A stretch of DNA of 64,000 nt from an uncultured Spirochaetota bacterium (GTDB lineage: Bacteria; Spirochaetota; UBA4802; UBA5550), in the NCBI GenBank assembly GCA_963827275.1, contig CAWHAA010000005.1, positions 96,001 to 160,000 on the forward strand. The letters are read 5' to 3'. Every line of letters starts with the position of its first letter. Position 1 is the stretch's first letter. Position numbers and translations under genes: made by a program. The notes under the pieces were generated by a model that saw nothing but the letters and a program-made list of their open reading frames with translations, was not told the origin of the DNA and ran no database searches. Below are positions 31,882-43,328 of the stretch, in pieces.

Positions 31882-34041
31882 TCAGACTATTTTAAAGACG
31901 ACCACGACAACATCGGAAGCGGGCGACGAGAGGCCGAGGAAGCTTTCAAATGATTCCTTGATATGGGACGCTATTTCCGACACGCTGCGGTTCTTCACTT
32001 CCATTATGGTATTGCGGAGCCGGAGGAGCCCGTACTCGTCGCCTTTCTGGTTTTTGGAGGCGGTCAGGGTCTTCGAATAGAGCAGCCCGATGTCGCCGCG
32101 CACCAGGTCGGTCCTGCCAATGCCGTATACCACGTCTTTATCGTAGCCGAGGGGGATGCCCTCGGTGTCCAGTGAATCGAAATTGTTCTTTTCGATGCGG
32201 TACAGTTCCAGGGCGGGAAAGCCGGCATTGGTATACATGAGGCGCATCGACCTGATGTCGTAATAGAGGTAAAACGCGGTTACGAGGCTGACCGCCCCCT
32301 TGTTGTAATCGTAGAGTATCCTGTTGATCGTCCCGATGACGGTCGAGGTGAAGGGGGCCTCCTGTATGCTCGCGTGGAATGCGGACCTGAGGAGCACCGA
32401 GTAGAGGGCGCTGTTGACGCCGACGCCCGCGATATCAGTCGCGATGACGCCCACTCCCTGCTCGCCGGGACGGATGAAATCGAAATAATCGCACCCCGTG
32501 GAATACTTGGGGATGACGAACGCGCCGAATTTGATGGAGCCGAGGTTCGGCAGCGAGCCCGGCGTCGCGCCGCTCAGGATCTGCGCCGACAGGTCTATGG
32601 TGCGCGCCACCATCTGTTCCTGCGCCGCTTTCTGGTAGGTGAGCGCGGTCGAGATGAAGTCGCTGCACTTGGGATGGAGCTGCTCGAGCTTCCGCATCTC
32701 GTCGGAATGGTACCCCGCGAGCGTCTCCTTCGCGCCGAGGCAGAGGAGGCCGGCAAGCATGCGCTCGTGGTAAACGGGAAGGATCACCCGTATGCCGTTG
32801 TCATTGAAGAACGCCGCGATCTCGTCACGGACCTCCGCGAAGGAGGTGTCGTCGGTATAGACCCTTGACAGCTGCAGGATATCCTGGTTGCGGACAAACC
32901 AGCGGATGATCGACGCGTTCAGCTCCAGGGGAGAAAGCTGCAGCGAGTCGCCGGCGCCCTTATAGTAATAGAGCTCGTATTTCCTCGACCGGTCGTTCAG
33001 GAGGATGAAAAAGGCGCGCTGGAGCGCCAGGCCGTCATGCAGCGTATCGACGGTGCGGCGGATGATGTCTTCGAGGTCCTTCTCCCCGGATATGTCGCGG
33101 ACAAAATTATCGACAACGGAGCCGAAGGCGTACTGCTTCCGCTTGAACACGCGGTCAATGGCCGGCTGCACGTAAACGGAAAAGAGGATGAAGACGGCGA
33201 CGACGGCCGAAGCCGTTACATAGTGCGGCAGCTCTCCGAAGAACAGCAGCTTCCTGTCCACGGCAAAGAGGATGCCGAAGATGGGAAGCGAGATCAGCAT
33301 TGATATGACGACATAGATGAAGGTCTTGTGTATGACGGTGCGGATGTCCAGGAGGTTGTAGGTGATGATGGTGTAGAAGAGCGCGCCGATCGTGAAAAAC
33401 GAGGCGACCGAGGGGCCGATGACGTACAGCTCCGTGTAATTGAAGAACCGTGGCATCACGATTGAAAAGACCGCCGCCAGGGTAATCGACAGCGAGGAGC
33501 CGACGAACAGGTAGCGCATCTGGAGGCGGTAGATCTCCACCTTTGTCACGAAATACTTCCGCGTAAAATTGACGAAGGCCGATCCGACATAGGCGAAGGC
33601 CATGACCGCGTACACGGTGTACCAGGGGAACGCGGTATTGAAATCCCGGATAAAAACGCCGTCCCTGAAGTAGGCCCGCGTGATCGTGATGTCGGTGGCG
33701 ACCACCGCCGTGCCCATCACGGCCGCCGGCAGCATGATCAGCGCGGTAATCCAGAAGGGGAACGGCTTTTCGCTCTTGGGGAAGATGAAGGACATCACGA
33801 ACAGGTACGAGAACGTCATCAGCGTTGCCAGCTGGGTGATCTTGTTCATCAGGGTCAGGTCGAAATAATCGGGGAACCCGTAGGTCAGGAACATGGTGAA
33901 GAGGATCCCCAGGGCGGAGACGGAAAAGACGGCGAAATAACGCATCAGCTGGTCCCGCCAGTTTTTAACGAGAACGAACACAACGACAAAGAGGATCATT
34001 GCGGATGCGACGAGGGATACGAAAATGCTGAACTTATTCAT
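31882..34041 (-). CDS. Multi-TM sensor - GAF - SpoIIE/PP2C-like protein
   Basis: Many N-terminal TMs, GAF-like (ILPVY...GLLCLG), GCDYFD, DIAGVG and NAGFP. Confidence 0.85.
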   Translation of the reverse strand: MNKFSIFVSLVASAMILFVVVFVLVKNWRDQLMRYFAVFSVSALGILFTMFLTYGFPDYFDLTLMNKITQLATLMTFSYLFVMSFIFPKSEKPFPFWITALIMLPAAVMGTAVVATDITITRAYFRDGVFIRDFNTAFPWYTVYAVMAFAYVGSAFVNFTRKYFVTKVEIYRLQMRYLFVGSSLSITLAAVFSIVMPRFFNYTELYVIGPSVASFFTIGALFYTIITYNLLDIRTVIHKTFIYVVISMLISLPIFGILFAVDRKLLFFGELPHYVTASAVVAVFILFSVYVQPAIDRVFKRKQYAFGSVVDNFVRDISGEKDLEDIIRRTVDTLHDGLALQRAFFILLNDRSRKYELYYYKGAGDSLQLSPLELNASIIRWFVRNQDILQLSRVYTDDTSFAEVRDEIAAFFNDNGIRVILPVYHERMLAGLLCLGAKETLAGYHSDEMRKLEQLHPKCSDFISTALTYQKAAQEQMVARTIDLSAQILSGATPGSLPNLGSIKFGAFVIPKYSTGCDYFDFIRPGEQGVGVIATDIAGVGVNSALYSVLLRSAFHASIQEAPFTSTVIGTINRILYDYNKGAVSLVTAFYLYYDIRSMRLMYTNAGFPALELYRIEKNNFDSLDTEGIPLGYDKDVVYGIGRTDLVRGDIGLLYSKTLTASKNQKGDEYGLLRLRNTIMEVKNRSVSEIASHIKESFESFLGLSSPASDVVVVVFKIV

Positions 34042-34142
34042 GCGTCCGGGACGTCCATGGTATGAAATTTAACGTATCGTCAATAAAAATTATTGACTAA
34101 TATGCCCGCATGTATATAACTCAAGTACTATCGAGGTTAAAT

Positions 34143-34710
34143 ATGGCTTTGACAAGAAAAAAATACGTTCTCGATAAAAAATTTCAGGTCCGCATCTCGG
34201 TCCGGGCGGTCATTCTTCCCCTCTTCACCACCCTGGCCCTGTGCGCGGTGCTCCTTTACTTTGCGGACAGAACAAACCGCCTGATCGACGAAAACAACGG
34301 CAATATCATTTCCATTATCGACACGCAGCAGAACATGCTCGACATGTTCATGACCATCCCCGCGCTGCAGGACCCGGACAACCCGGCGGTCAAAAAATGC
34401 AACCAGGCCTTCAAGGAAAACCTGAACATCACGAACAGGATCAACGACCAACCACGAGAGCATCAGGAAAAACAGCAGGATCGTCCTCTATGTCCTGATC
34501 GCCATGACGGTGATCCAGGCCGCGATCATCTTCTTCCAGTTCATATTCTTCTCGCACAAGATATCCGGCCCGCTGCACGTCATGTCCAACTACCTGAAAG
34601 AAATGAGGCTCGGCATACAGCCGAAATTCAGGCCCCTCAGGAAAAACGACGAGCTGCTCGAGTTTTATGATGAATTCTGCGAAACCATGAAGCACCTGAT
34701 GAAAAAGTGA
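34143..34710 (+). CDS. Two-TM membrane protein with a HAMP-like tail, frameshift near 34450
   Basis: RKKYVLDKKFQ N-terminus; SHKISGPL...LRKNDEL C-terminus in a second frame. Confidence 0.7.
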
Positions 34711-34711
34711 C

Positions 34712-35390
34712 ATGGCGATGGGGAACGAGGGCGTGGATGCTTCCGTTTCAGCGCTGGTTGTCGTGGACATGCAGAACTACTACCTGAGAGACGACTCGCC
34801 GTACCACCGCTACTTCTACGACACTCCAGCCGGGGTGCCTTGACTACATCACCGACCGGTGCGGGTCCACGGTCGTCACACCAACATCAGCCGCCTCCTG
34901 TCGCTGTACCGGGAGCACGTCGCTGCCGGTCCTGTTCCTGCGCCTCTGCGGAAGGGACCCGGAGCGGGCCGACCTGCACCGCTTCTTCCGCGAGCTGTAC
35001 CAGCGGGCAAAGCTCTCCGGCTTTGACAATGTCTACCCGCTGGCCGGCGATCACTTCGCGGACATCATCGGGGAGCTCCATCCGCTGGAGGGGGAGACGA
35101 TCATCGACAAAACGACCTTCAGCCCCTTCACGTCGACCGGCATCGAAGGCGAGCTCAAAAGAATGGATGTCGGGACCCTTGTCTTCACGGGGCTTGCCAC
35201 GAGCCAGTGCGTGGAGACTACGGCGCGTGACGCTTCTGACCGGGGGTTCCGCGTGGTGCACGTCGAGGACGCGCAGGCGGATTACGACGAGATCAGCCAC
35301 ACGTCATCGCTCTACAGCTCGCAGGGCGTGTGCGGAGGGATTATCGTTACCACTGAAGAATTCATGCTGGACGGCCCGCCCGCGGGATAG
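34712..35390 (+). CDS. Isochorismatase/cysteine hydrolase family, frameshifted near 34830-34890
   Basis: ALVVVDMQN, DKTTFSPF and GLATSQCVETTARDASDRGF motifs. Confidence 0.88.
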
Positions 35391-35411
35391 GCGGGCGCGG
35401 ACCGCGCGGGA

Positions 35412-36090
35412 CTACCTGAATACGCGGAACCGTATCGTATTTTACCCCGCTCCCGGAAGGTCCGATCAGCGGCGACAGTTCCCCCTGTCCACGCCCTTCA
35501 CCGAGCCCGACTTCCTCGATCGCGTTTCCCCACTGGATGTCGCGGCCTGATTCGTCTTCGCCGACAGGCATGTACGCCGCCTTCCTGGACCCCAGTGCGC
35601 GCCGCAATTGATCGAACGACGACACCGGCACGGTGCCCTCGACGTACTCGTCCGTCACAAGGGCGATGGTCGCGTTGTGCTTCCGGATAATGTCTATGAC
35701 GCGCTCGGAATCGTTGACCTGGCTGCGGGAAAAGACGCCGGCAACGCCGCCCCGGCCGTGAACGCCGATGATTCCCGCGTTGAACAGGCCCGACGCCCGC
35801 GATGACCAGCAGTGAAGCGGCCATGGCGGGCAGGGACTTCATGAAGAGCCGCCTCTTCTTTCCTGACATTATTTTCCGCATGGTCATGGCGGGCAGGCCG
35901 TCGGGGGCCAGACACGATGCCGGACAGTCGCCCGCAGAGCCGGAGGGTTTCCCCGAGGCGCCGGTACTCCAGCGCGCACGACTCGCATTCGCCGATATGG
36001 CCCAGGAGCAGCGTGCGCTCATCCATCGATGCCGATTTCACCATCGTACAGATCTGACATTTTGTGAAATGGAATATGATTACCGCTCAT
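35412..36090 (-). CDS. Zinc-binding (zf-HC2/ZAS) anti-sigma factor, frameshifted; end approximate
   Basis: ATG overlaps the sigma stop (ATGA); MSDLYDGEI then HIGECESC (HxxxCxxC), followed by a TM segment in shifted frames. Confidence 0.75.
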
Positions 36091-36671
36091 ATCAATCCCC
36101 TCGCCAGTAGTCTGTTCTTCAGAAACTCCCTGCCCCGGTGGATCCGGACCTTTACATTGGACAGCGATATGTCCAGGATCTCGGCCACCTCGTTATATGA
36201 AAGCCCCTCGATGTCCCGCAGCATCAGTATGTCGCGGTAATCGTCGGGGAGCCGCTCTATCTCTTCCCTCACGATCCGGAGGGAGTCATTCATGACCACT
36301 TCTTTTTCAGGGTTTTCCCTTTCATCCGTCAGCTGAAGGTTGTATTCATCGTCGCCTTTCGAACCGTTTATCGGGACCAGGTTGTACCTGCGATTTTTCT
36401 TGCGGTAATTTTTACAGTAATTCACCATTATACTGTAAAACCAGGTGGAAAACTTCGATTCCCGCCGGAACGAACGCAATGCCTCGATAGTCATGATGAA
36501 TATCTCCTGCGTTATATCGAGGGCCTCGTCATAATCCTTCACCTGGGAATAGACATAATTGAAGGTCTTTTCCTGGTATTTTTTGATTATCACGGAAAAG
36601 GCCTCAATGTCGCCGGCAAGTACCTTTTCAATGACCTCAATATCATCACTATCTGAATTGGACATGTTCAT
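36087..36671 (-). CDS. ECF sigma-70 factor (RpoE/SigW-like)
   Basis: GDIEAF, DITQEIF, FSTWFY and EGLSYNEVA...VKVRIHRGR motifs. Confidence 0.95.
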   Translation of the reverse strand: MNMSNSDSDDIEVIEKVLAGDIEAFSVIIKKYQEKTFNYVYSQVKDYDEALDITQEIFIMTIEALRSFRRESKFSTWFYSIMVNYCKNYRKKNRRYNLVPINGSKGDDEYNLQLTDERENPEKEVVMNDSLRIVREEIERLPDDYRDILMLRDIEGLSYNEVAEILDISLSNVKVRIHRGREFLKNRLLARGLI

Positions 36672-36721
36672 CCCGAGGGTGTTACATATTTTAATATTTT
36701 TTTGACTGCCGGGTTATTTTT

Positions 36722-37936
36722 TTATCCGGTAATCCTGACGAACTTTCTCTTGCCCACCTTGAGTATCCCATCGGCGGGCAGGGCCAGCTCGTAATCTTCG
36801 GAGGATATCTTCTCGCCGCCGAAGGTCACCCCGCCGCCCTTGATAAGGCGGCGCGCCTCGCCGTTCGTGGCCGCCGTGCCCGCCAGCACCATCAACTTCA
36901 CGATCCATATCGTACCGCCGGCGGCCTCCCCGCCGGGAACGCGGTATTCCGGCACCTCGTCGGGGACCTCCTTGTTCGCGAACACGCGGTCGAACTCCCG
37001 GGCCGCCTGTTCGGCCGCTTCGCCGTCATAGAACTGGGCGCATATGTCCTTCGCGAGGGCCACCTTCACGTCGCGGGGGTGCATCGTCCCGGACGCGATG
37101 CCCTGCCGGTAGTTCTCGATCTCGGCCCGGGGCACATCGGTGGCCAGCTCAAAGTAGACGAACATCAGGTCGTCGGAGATCGACATCACCTTGCCGAAGA
37201 TATCTTTGGGCGGCTCGTTGATGCCGATGTAGTTGTTCAGGGACTTGCTCATCTTCTGGACGCCGTCGAGGCCCACCATGAGCGGCACGGTCATGATGAC
37301 CTGGGGCTCCTGGCCGTACTCGCGCTGGAGGTCGCGCCCCACCAGGAGGTTGAACTTCTGGTCCGAACCGCCCAGCTCGACGTCCGCCTTCAGCACCACG
37401 GAGTCGTATCCCTGCACCAGCGGGTACATGAACTCCAGGATGGTGATGGGCACGCCGCCCTTGTAGCGCTTGTCGAAATCATCGCGCTCGAGCATGCGCG
37501 CCACGTTGTACTTGGCGGTGAGGCCCAGCACGTCGGTGAACGTCATGGGCGCGCACCATTCCGAGTTGAACACGACCTTCGTTTTCGATCTGTCCAGTAT
37601 CTTGAAGACCTGCTGCTTGTAGGTCTCGGCGTTTTCCAGCACCTGCTCGCGGGTGAGGGGCTTCCTGGTCACGGACCTTCCGGAGGGATCGCCGATCATG
37701 CCGGTGAAGTCGCCGATCATGAACACCACGGTATGCCCCATGTCCTGGAAATGCTTCATCTTGCGGAGCAGCACCGCGTGCCCCAGGTGGATGTCCGGTG
37801 CGGTGGGGTCGAATCCCGCCTTGATGATGAGCGGCTTGTTCTCGCGCTCCGAGCGCTCCAGCTTCTTCTTAAACTCGTCGAGGGGGAGGATCTCCTCCGT
37901 CCCCCGCATCAGCAGTTCAATATCGTTCCGTACCAT
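36722..37936 (-). CDS. tyrS: Tyrosine--tRNA ligase
   Basis: [26 protein letters not shown] and C-terminal S4 domain. Confidence 0.98.
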   Translation of the reverse strand: MVRNDIELLMRGTEEILPLDEFKKKLERSERENKPLIIKAGFDPTAPDIHLGHAVLLRKMKHFQDMGHTVVFMIGDFTGMIGDPSGRSVTRKPLTREQVLENAETYKQQVFKILDRSKTKVVFNSEWCAPMTFTDVLGLTAKYNVARMLERDDFDKRYKGGVPITILEFMYPLVQGYDSVVLKADVELGGSDQKFNLLVGRDLQREYGQEPQVIMTVPLMVGLDGVQKMSKSLNNYIGINEPPKDIFGKVMSISDDLMFVYFELATDVPRAEIENYRQGIASGTMHPRDVKVALAKDICAQFYDGEAAEQAAREFDRVFANKEVPDEVPEYRVPGGEAAGGTIWIVKLMVLAGTAATNGEARRLIKGGGVTFGGEKISSEDYELALPADGILKVGKRKFVRITG

Positions 37937-37981
37937 TGGCTTCTTCCGATATGCTATGTTTTACCGGGCCGCGGCGGCCCG

Positions 37982-38281
37982 TCAGTGCTTTTCATTCTCC
38001 TCTGACTCGTCCGCTTCCCGGAGGTCTTCCTCGGAGACCTCGTCGATTTCATAGTCGGGCCCCAGCTCGTGCAGGTAATGAAACCGGGCTATGATGTTGA
38101 TCAGCTCGCCCCGGGAGTCCGCCGCCTCCTTGGAGGTGTCAAACCCTATGATGAGCGGCTCGTTCATCCCGGCCAGGTACACCTCGAAGCCGAATTTGCC
38201 GTTCTCCTCAATGACGCTCCCCACCGCGGCGACTTTCGGTATTACGATGGCGATACCGCCGTAATCGACTATTGGCAACAT
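37982..38281 (-). CDS. Hypothetical protein with an acidic tail
   Basis: ATG after GGAGA; MLPIVDYGGIAIV...; upstream of tyrS. Confidence 0.65.
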   Translation of the reverse strand: MLPIVDYGGIAIVIPKVAAVGSVIEENGKFGFEVYLAGMNEPLIIGFDTSKEAADSRGELINIIARFHYLHELGPDYEIDEVSEEDLREADESEENEKH

Positions 38282-38491
38282 GTTTTTCTCCAAACGCAGG
38301 TTTGCACGGACAGGGTGACGGCTTGCCGTGGGAACGTCAAGAGTAAAAAATCGGTTTTCCGCCCTGCGTTCCGGGCCAGGCCCACGCTGATATACCCTCC
38401 CCCGGGAAACGGCCCGTATTCGGATTAATAAAACAATTGACATCGAAAAAATCAAGGGAAATCCTTATTAAAAAATCTCAAGGCAGGGGCC

Positions 38492-39943
38492 ATGAAACCA
38501 TTACTGTCCATGTCCGGAAAACAGATCGCCGAGATGATCAGGAAGCGCGAAGCAACCTCCCGTGAAGTCCTTGAAGCCCATATAGAGCACATTCAGCTGG
38601 TGAACCCTGTGATCAATGCGGTGGTTAAAGACCGGTTCGAGGAAGCACGGCGCGAGGCGGATGAAGCTGACAGGAAAGTCAAATCATCGCGCGGAAAAAA
38701 TCTTCCGCCGTATCATGGGGTCCCCTGCACCATAAAAGAAGCCTATGCCCTGAAAGGGATGCCGAATACCTCCGGCCTTGTGGCGCGGAAAGGCATTATC
38801 CCCGCAGAAGACGCGACAGCCGTCGCCCGCCTCCGCAAGGCGGGCGCCATTCCCATGGGCGTCACCAATATCCCGGAACTGTGCATGTGGTTTGAGACCT
38901 ATAACCGGATTTACGGAAGGACAAAAAACGCCTATAATAAATGGCATATAGCCGGGGGAAGTTCCGGCGGCGAGGGCGCCATTGTGGGGGCCGGCGGCTC
39001 CCCGTTCGGACTGGGGTCAGACATTGGCGGGTCCATAAGGATGCCGGCATTCTTCAACGGCGTCTTCGGCCACAAGCCCACGGGCGGACTGGTGCCGGGG
39101 ACGGGCCACTACCCTCTCGCCGAAAATGAAGCGGCCCGGTACAGCACCTATGGCGTGCTGGCCCGCCATGCCGAAGATATCATGCCGCTGCTCAACATAC
39201 TTGCCGGACCTGACGGGAAAGACCTCTCGTGCATAAAGTTTAAACTCGGCGATCCCTCAAAAGTCCGCTTTGACAGGCTCCGGGTGATATATATTGAAAG
39301 CAACGGCGCCGTCAATCCATCCAGGGACCTTCGCCGGGCTCAGCGCAACTGCGCCGACGCCCTTGAGAAAAAAGGCGCCCGCATACGCGAGACGGAGATA
39401 CCGAAGCTGAAAGCGTCATTCATGATCTGGTCGCAGATGCTTGCGGAGGCTTCGGATACGAAGTTCGGCGTAATGCTGGGGAACGGCAAAGCCGTCAGCC
39501 CCGTCTTTGAATATATCAAATGGCTGTTGCGGATATCACCGCACACGTTACCCACGATATCATTCGCCTTTCTTGACAATGTCAACAATCTGTTCCCGGG
39601 AATGAAAAAGAAATACGCCGCCATGGGCACACGGCTGCGGGAGGAGCTTGTCGCTCTGATCGGCGATGACGGATTACTGCTCTATCCTTCGTACCCGACG
39701 CCTGCGCCGTTCCACAACAAGCCGATGTTTACACCTTTCCATTTCGCCTATACGGCCATACTGAACATGATGGAATTCCCCGTTACCCAGGTGCCGCTGG
39801 GGCTGAATGACCGCGGCCTTCCGCTCGGCGTGCAGGTCGCCGCCCTGCATGGCAACGACCACATGACCGTGGCGGCCGCCCTCGAACTTGAAAAGGCGTT
39901 CGGTGGATGGGTCCCGCCATGGGAGGCCGCTGCGGGCCGCTGA
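38492..39943 (+). CDS. Amidase signature family protein (FAAH-like)
   Basis: GVPCTIKE, GGSSGGEG and GSDIGGSIRMPA motifs. Confidence 0.95.
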   Translation: MKPLLSMSGKQIAEMIRKREATSREVLEAHIEHIQLVNPVINAVVKDRFEEARREADEADRKVKSSRGKNLPPYHGVPCTIKEAYALKGMPNTSGLVARKGIIPAEDATAVARLRKAGAIPMGVTNIPELCMWFETYNRIYGRTKNAYNKWHIAGGSSGGEGAIVGAGGSPFGLGSDIGGSIRMPAFFNGVFGHKPTGGLVPGTGHYPLAENEAARYSTYGVLARHAEDIMPLLNILAGPDGKDLSCIKFKLGDPSKVRFDRLRVIYIESNGAVNPSRDLRRAQRNCADALEKKGARIRETEIPKLKASFMIWSQMLAEASDTKFGVMLGNGKAVSPVFEYIKWLLRISPHTLPTISFAFLDNVNNLFPGMKKKYAAMGTRLREELVALIGDDGLLLYPSYPTPAPFHNKPMFTPFHFAYTAILNMMEFPVTQVPLGLNDRGLPLGVQVAALHGNDHMTVAAALELEKAFGGWVPPWEAAAGR

Positions 39944-40048
39944 GACCGTGTTTCACAAAACATTACACTTATGGGATGACCCATGACACGCACCGGTACC
40001 GCGACGAGCAAGACGGCCGGCTTCAATTCCCGCCTTGACGAAACAACC

Positions 40049-40202
40049 TGCCCAGGAGGAGATGTCGACGACGGTCGAGAAAGTGAACGCCGACTCGCAG
40101 GAGCTGGTCCAGTACGCAGACACGATCCTGAAAACATCGCGCGAGATCGGGGGGCTATCCGCCGAGATCAAGGCGCAGATCAACAAGTTCAGGATACAGT
40201 AG
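40049..40202 (+). pseudogene. Remnant of a methyl-accepting chemotaxis protein C-terminus
   Basis: AQEEMSTTVEKVNADSQELVQYADTILKTSREIGGLSAEIKAQINKFRIQ-stop, with no upstream body. Confidence 0.55.
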
Positions 40203-40244
40203 TAAAGCGCCACCCGGCGCGGCGAAGCTCATTCCGCCCGGGGG

Positions 40245-41042
40245 TCAGTCGGTGATCCGTTCCGGGTGACAGTACACGTTAAACCCGCTGCCGCGGACAA
40301 AGCCCGCCACCGTGATCCCCAGCTGTTCCGCCAGGTCCAGGGCGAGGCCCGTGGGCGCCGACCGGGACACCACCACCGGGACCCCGATCCGGGCGGACTT
40401 GATAAGCATCTCCGAGGCGACCCGCCCGCTCAGGACCACCGCCTTATCAGAAGTGACGATCCTGTTGAGAAAGACATGCCCCATGATGCGGTCGAGCGCG
40501 TTGTGCCTGCCGATGTCCTCGTACCGCACAAGAATCCCTTCGTTATTCCCCAGGGCCGCGGTATGGACACCGCCGGTCAACCGGAACGTCGCCGACCCCT
40601 CATCCAGACCCCGTACCAGGCGAACCACCTGCTCCGCCGAGAACCTGGCATCTCCCGTGATCGGGTTGATCGTGCTGATATCATTGATAAAATATAACGA
40701 AGGCCGTCCCTTTCCGCAGCAGCTGGTGAAATTACGGCGCAGGAAGCCTTCAAGCCGGGGTGTCGGATCTACCGTTTCCACAAAGGCGACCCCCTGTTCT
40801 TCCCGGTAATAATAATCCTTTATCTGATCGGGATCATCGATGAGGCCCTCCCCTGCCAGGAAGCCGATCACCAGCTCTTTTTCCGCGACCGGGGAACAGA
40901 CAAGGGTGGCCAGCTCCTCATTATTGAGCATAATGGTGAGGGGAATCTCGCTCACGACCGGATCGTCCACGGAGGATGTGACGCCATCCCGCCTTCTAAT
41001 TACCGGCCTCAATTCGTATATGTCTTTCTTTTCCACGTGCAT
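40245..41042 (-). CDS. fdhD: Formate dehydrogenase accessory sulfurtransferase FdhD
   Basis: EIPLTI, SCCG, TGGVH, EDIGRHNALD, SGRV and SAPT motifs. Confidence 0.95.
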   Translation of the reverse strand: MHVEKKDIYELRPVIRRRDGVTSSVDDPVVSEIPLTIMLNNEELATLVCSPVAEKELVIGFLAGEGLIDDPDQIKDYYYREEQGVAFVETVDPTPRLEGFLRRNFTSCCGKGRPSLYFINDISTINPITGDARFSAEQVVRLVRGLDEGSATFRLTGGVHTAALGNNEGILVRYEDIGRHNALDRIMGHVFLNRIVTSDKAVVLSGRVASEMLIKSARIGVPVVVSRSAPTGLALDLAEQLGITVAGFVRGSGFNVYCHPERITD

Positions 41043-41563
41043 GCCGCCATGATATATTTTCAGATATGATAGATCATTCTATCTTAGTCAGCCATATAAA
41101 TGGCGACAGATTTTTTGTGAGTGATTCTATTTTCGGATGGCAGAAATGCAAGAATTATTTAGCCGGCGACGGCATGTATACCGGCATCCCTGGCGCATTT
41201 AATAAAAAATCCCATAACGGGACCGACAGCAGAGAGTGATGCATTTGATAAATTTTTGGTAGGAGCTTGCCAGACATGTATTCTATCATTAAATGCGGAA
41301 TAACCCACATGTCAACATCTATAATTCATTATAAATATTTATTCAGGAACTCCCCCTATGACCGGATACGTCTCATGGGACGCATTGGGCCTTATCTTTA
41401 CTTACCTATGTCCTTTTATGGATACACGCGCTGGTACAGGTGCCTTGAATTTTTTATCGCTGTTTTCAACACACAGAATAAAACACTTTACATGGCACTT
41501 GACATATGTTACCTAAATTTTACTGATTAAATTTCACATCACACTAAATTCAAGGGGGGCTCT

Positions 41564-42079
41564 TTGAAAAGATTTAATGGTCTATTATTGGTCGGGTTGC
41601 TTGCTTCATTATTGGCTTTTACAAATTGTGATACCCAAAAAAGCGATAATTCCGCTGCGATGTTGCTGCTCTTGGCCGGAATGTCCGACACGGAGTACGG
41701 TGGATCAGTTACATTTACAGACGATACTTTAGACGTAGAGTACACATGGCCGTCAGGGGGATTCGAACAACCCGGCAGCGATTTATACAGCCAAGTTTGT
41801 GGCCCGGATTCGTCATCGGCTAATATTATTATGATATTAACGAGCGGTCACGTTAGTGGCACTACATATTCTCAGACCCAGGTAGATATATTCTATACTG
41901 ATACTGATGGTACAATGTGGACTACTGATGACGGACATTCTTTTTCGCTGACCCTTGGCACATGGCCAGGTATTGGAGGTAATATAACTGGTGTTTTTTC
42001 CGGTACGCTGCAACAATTAGGCTACACAACACTCAGAACGATTTCAAATGGTTCGTTCAATCTTAGAGTTATAAATTAA
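41564..42079 (+). CDS. AT-rich hypothetical lipoprotein
   Basis: Signal peptide ending AFTNC; beta-rich, ends ISNGSFNL. Confidence 0.7.
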   Translation: MKRFNGLLLVGLLASLLAFTNCDTQKSDNSAAMLLLLAGMSDTEYGGSVTFTDDTLDVEYTWPSGGFEQPGSDLYSQVCGPDSSSANIIMILTSGHVSGTTYSQTQVDIFYTDTDGTMWTTDDGHSFSLTLGTWPGIGGNITGVFSGTLQQLGYTTLRTISNGSFNLRVIN

Positions 42080-42120
42080 CATCCGGTAAACTGCGCCCCA
42101 TTATACTATGCCGGCCCGCC

Positions 42121-42152
42121 ACCGGATCTACCGATTGTTATCGGTAGACGGT
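42121..42152. repeat. Hairpin containing the ACCGATAACWATCGGT-type palindrome
   Basis: TCTACCGAT-tgtt-ATCGGTAGA; the reverse complement of the core matches 15/16 nt of the 15983 palindrome. Confidence 0.7.
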
Positions 42153-42157
42153 ACACA

Positions 42158-42187
42158 AAAAAGGCGCGGAGTTGTCCGCGCCTTTTT
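42158..42187. terminator. Bidirectional intrinsic terminator after dnaJ
   Basis: AAAAAGGCGCGGA-gttg-TCCGCGCCTTTTT. Confidence 0.85.
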
Positions 42188-42188
42188 C

Positions 42189-43295
42189 CTAGTAGAATTC
42201 CTTTCCGCCGTGGCCCACTTCCTCGCCGTCGAGCGTGGAGAACTCCTTGAGCAGCTCCTTCTGCCGCGGCGTCAGCTTCTTGGGGACCTTGATATTGATC
42301 TTCACCAGCTGGTCGCCCCTCCCGTATGAGCCGAGGAAGGGGATGCCGTTGCCCTTCAGCCTGAAGACCTGCCCGTTCTCCGTGCCGGGCGGAATCTTCA
42401 TCTTGGCGACGCCGCCGCTGATGGTGGGTACTTCGATCTCGCCCCCCAGGCACACCATGGGGAAGGAGACGTCTATCAGGGATATGATGTCGTTGCCGTG
42501 CCGCTCGAATATCTCATGCTTCTTCACGTGTATGACCACGTAGAGGTCGCCCCCGGCGCCGCCGTTGGGCCCGTGTTCTCCCTCGCCGGTGATCTTCAGC
42601 CGTGACCCGGACTCCACGCCGGCGGGTATCTTGACCGTGATGGTCCGCTTGTGGAGCTTGAGCCCGGAGCCGCCGCACGCGGTGCAGGGCGAGGATATGA
42701 TCTTTCCCTCTCCCTTGCACTTGTAGCAGGTCTGGGTGATCGAGAAGAACCCCTGGGTCTGGCGGACCTGGCCGGCGCCGTTGCAGACCGGGCACACTGA
42801 CGGCTTGGTGCCCGCCTTGGAACCGGAGCCCTGGCAGGTTTCGCAGACCTCGTTCCGGGGGACCTTGATCTGCACCTCGGTGCCGGTGGCCGCTTCCTCG
42901 AGGGAGATGGATAGGTCGTACTGTATGTCCGATCCCCTGCGCGCCCGCTTGGTCCTTCCCCTGGCGCCGAAGGCGGACCCGAAGAAGCCCTCGAAAATAT
43001 CCGCGAAATCAAAATCGCCGAATATGTCCGAAAAGTCCTGGTAGGCCCCGCGCCCGAAGCCCTCGAACCCGGAAACGCCCTCGTGGCCGAACCTGTCGTA
43101 GGCCGCCCGTTTCTTCGGGTCCCTCAAAACTTCGTAGGCCTCCGTCGCCTCCTTGAACTTCTCCTCCGACTCCTTGTCGCCCTTGTTCCTGTCAGGATGA
43201 TATTTTAACGCCAGCTTACGGTAGGCCTGTTTTATGTCCTGCTCTGCCGCAGTCTTTGAAACACCCAGAACTTCATAATAGTCGCGTTTAGCCAA
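42189..43295 (-). CDS. dnaJ: Chaperone DnaJ
   Basis: J domain HPD, G/F region and four CxxCxGxG. Confidence 0.98.
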   Translation of the reverse strand: MAKRDYYEVLGVSKTAAEQDIKQAYRKLALKYHPDRNKGDKESEEKFKEATEAYEVLRDPKKRAAYDRFGHEGVSGFEGFGRGAYQDFSDIFGDFDFADIFEGFFGSAFGARGRTKRARRGSDIQYDLSISLEEAATGTEVQIKVPRNEVCETCQGSGSKAGTKPSVCPVCNGAGQVRQTQGFFSITQTCYKCKGEGKIISSPCTACGGSGLKLHKRTITVKIPAGVESGSRLKITGEGEHGPNGGAGGDLYVVIHVKKHEIFERHGNDIISLIDVSFPMVCLGGEIEVPTISGGVAKMKIPPGTENGQVFRLKGNGIPFLGSYGRGDQLVKINIKVPKKLTPRQKELLKEFSTLDGEEVGHGGKEFY

Positions 43296-43328
43296 TTGAT
43301 GTTTCCTCAGGATTTAAGTATTTAAGCT

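Noticed and set aside
41045..41110. ModE box or Moco riboswitch upstream of fdhD
   Set aside because: AT-rich, but no adequate match to either consensus.
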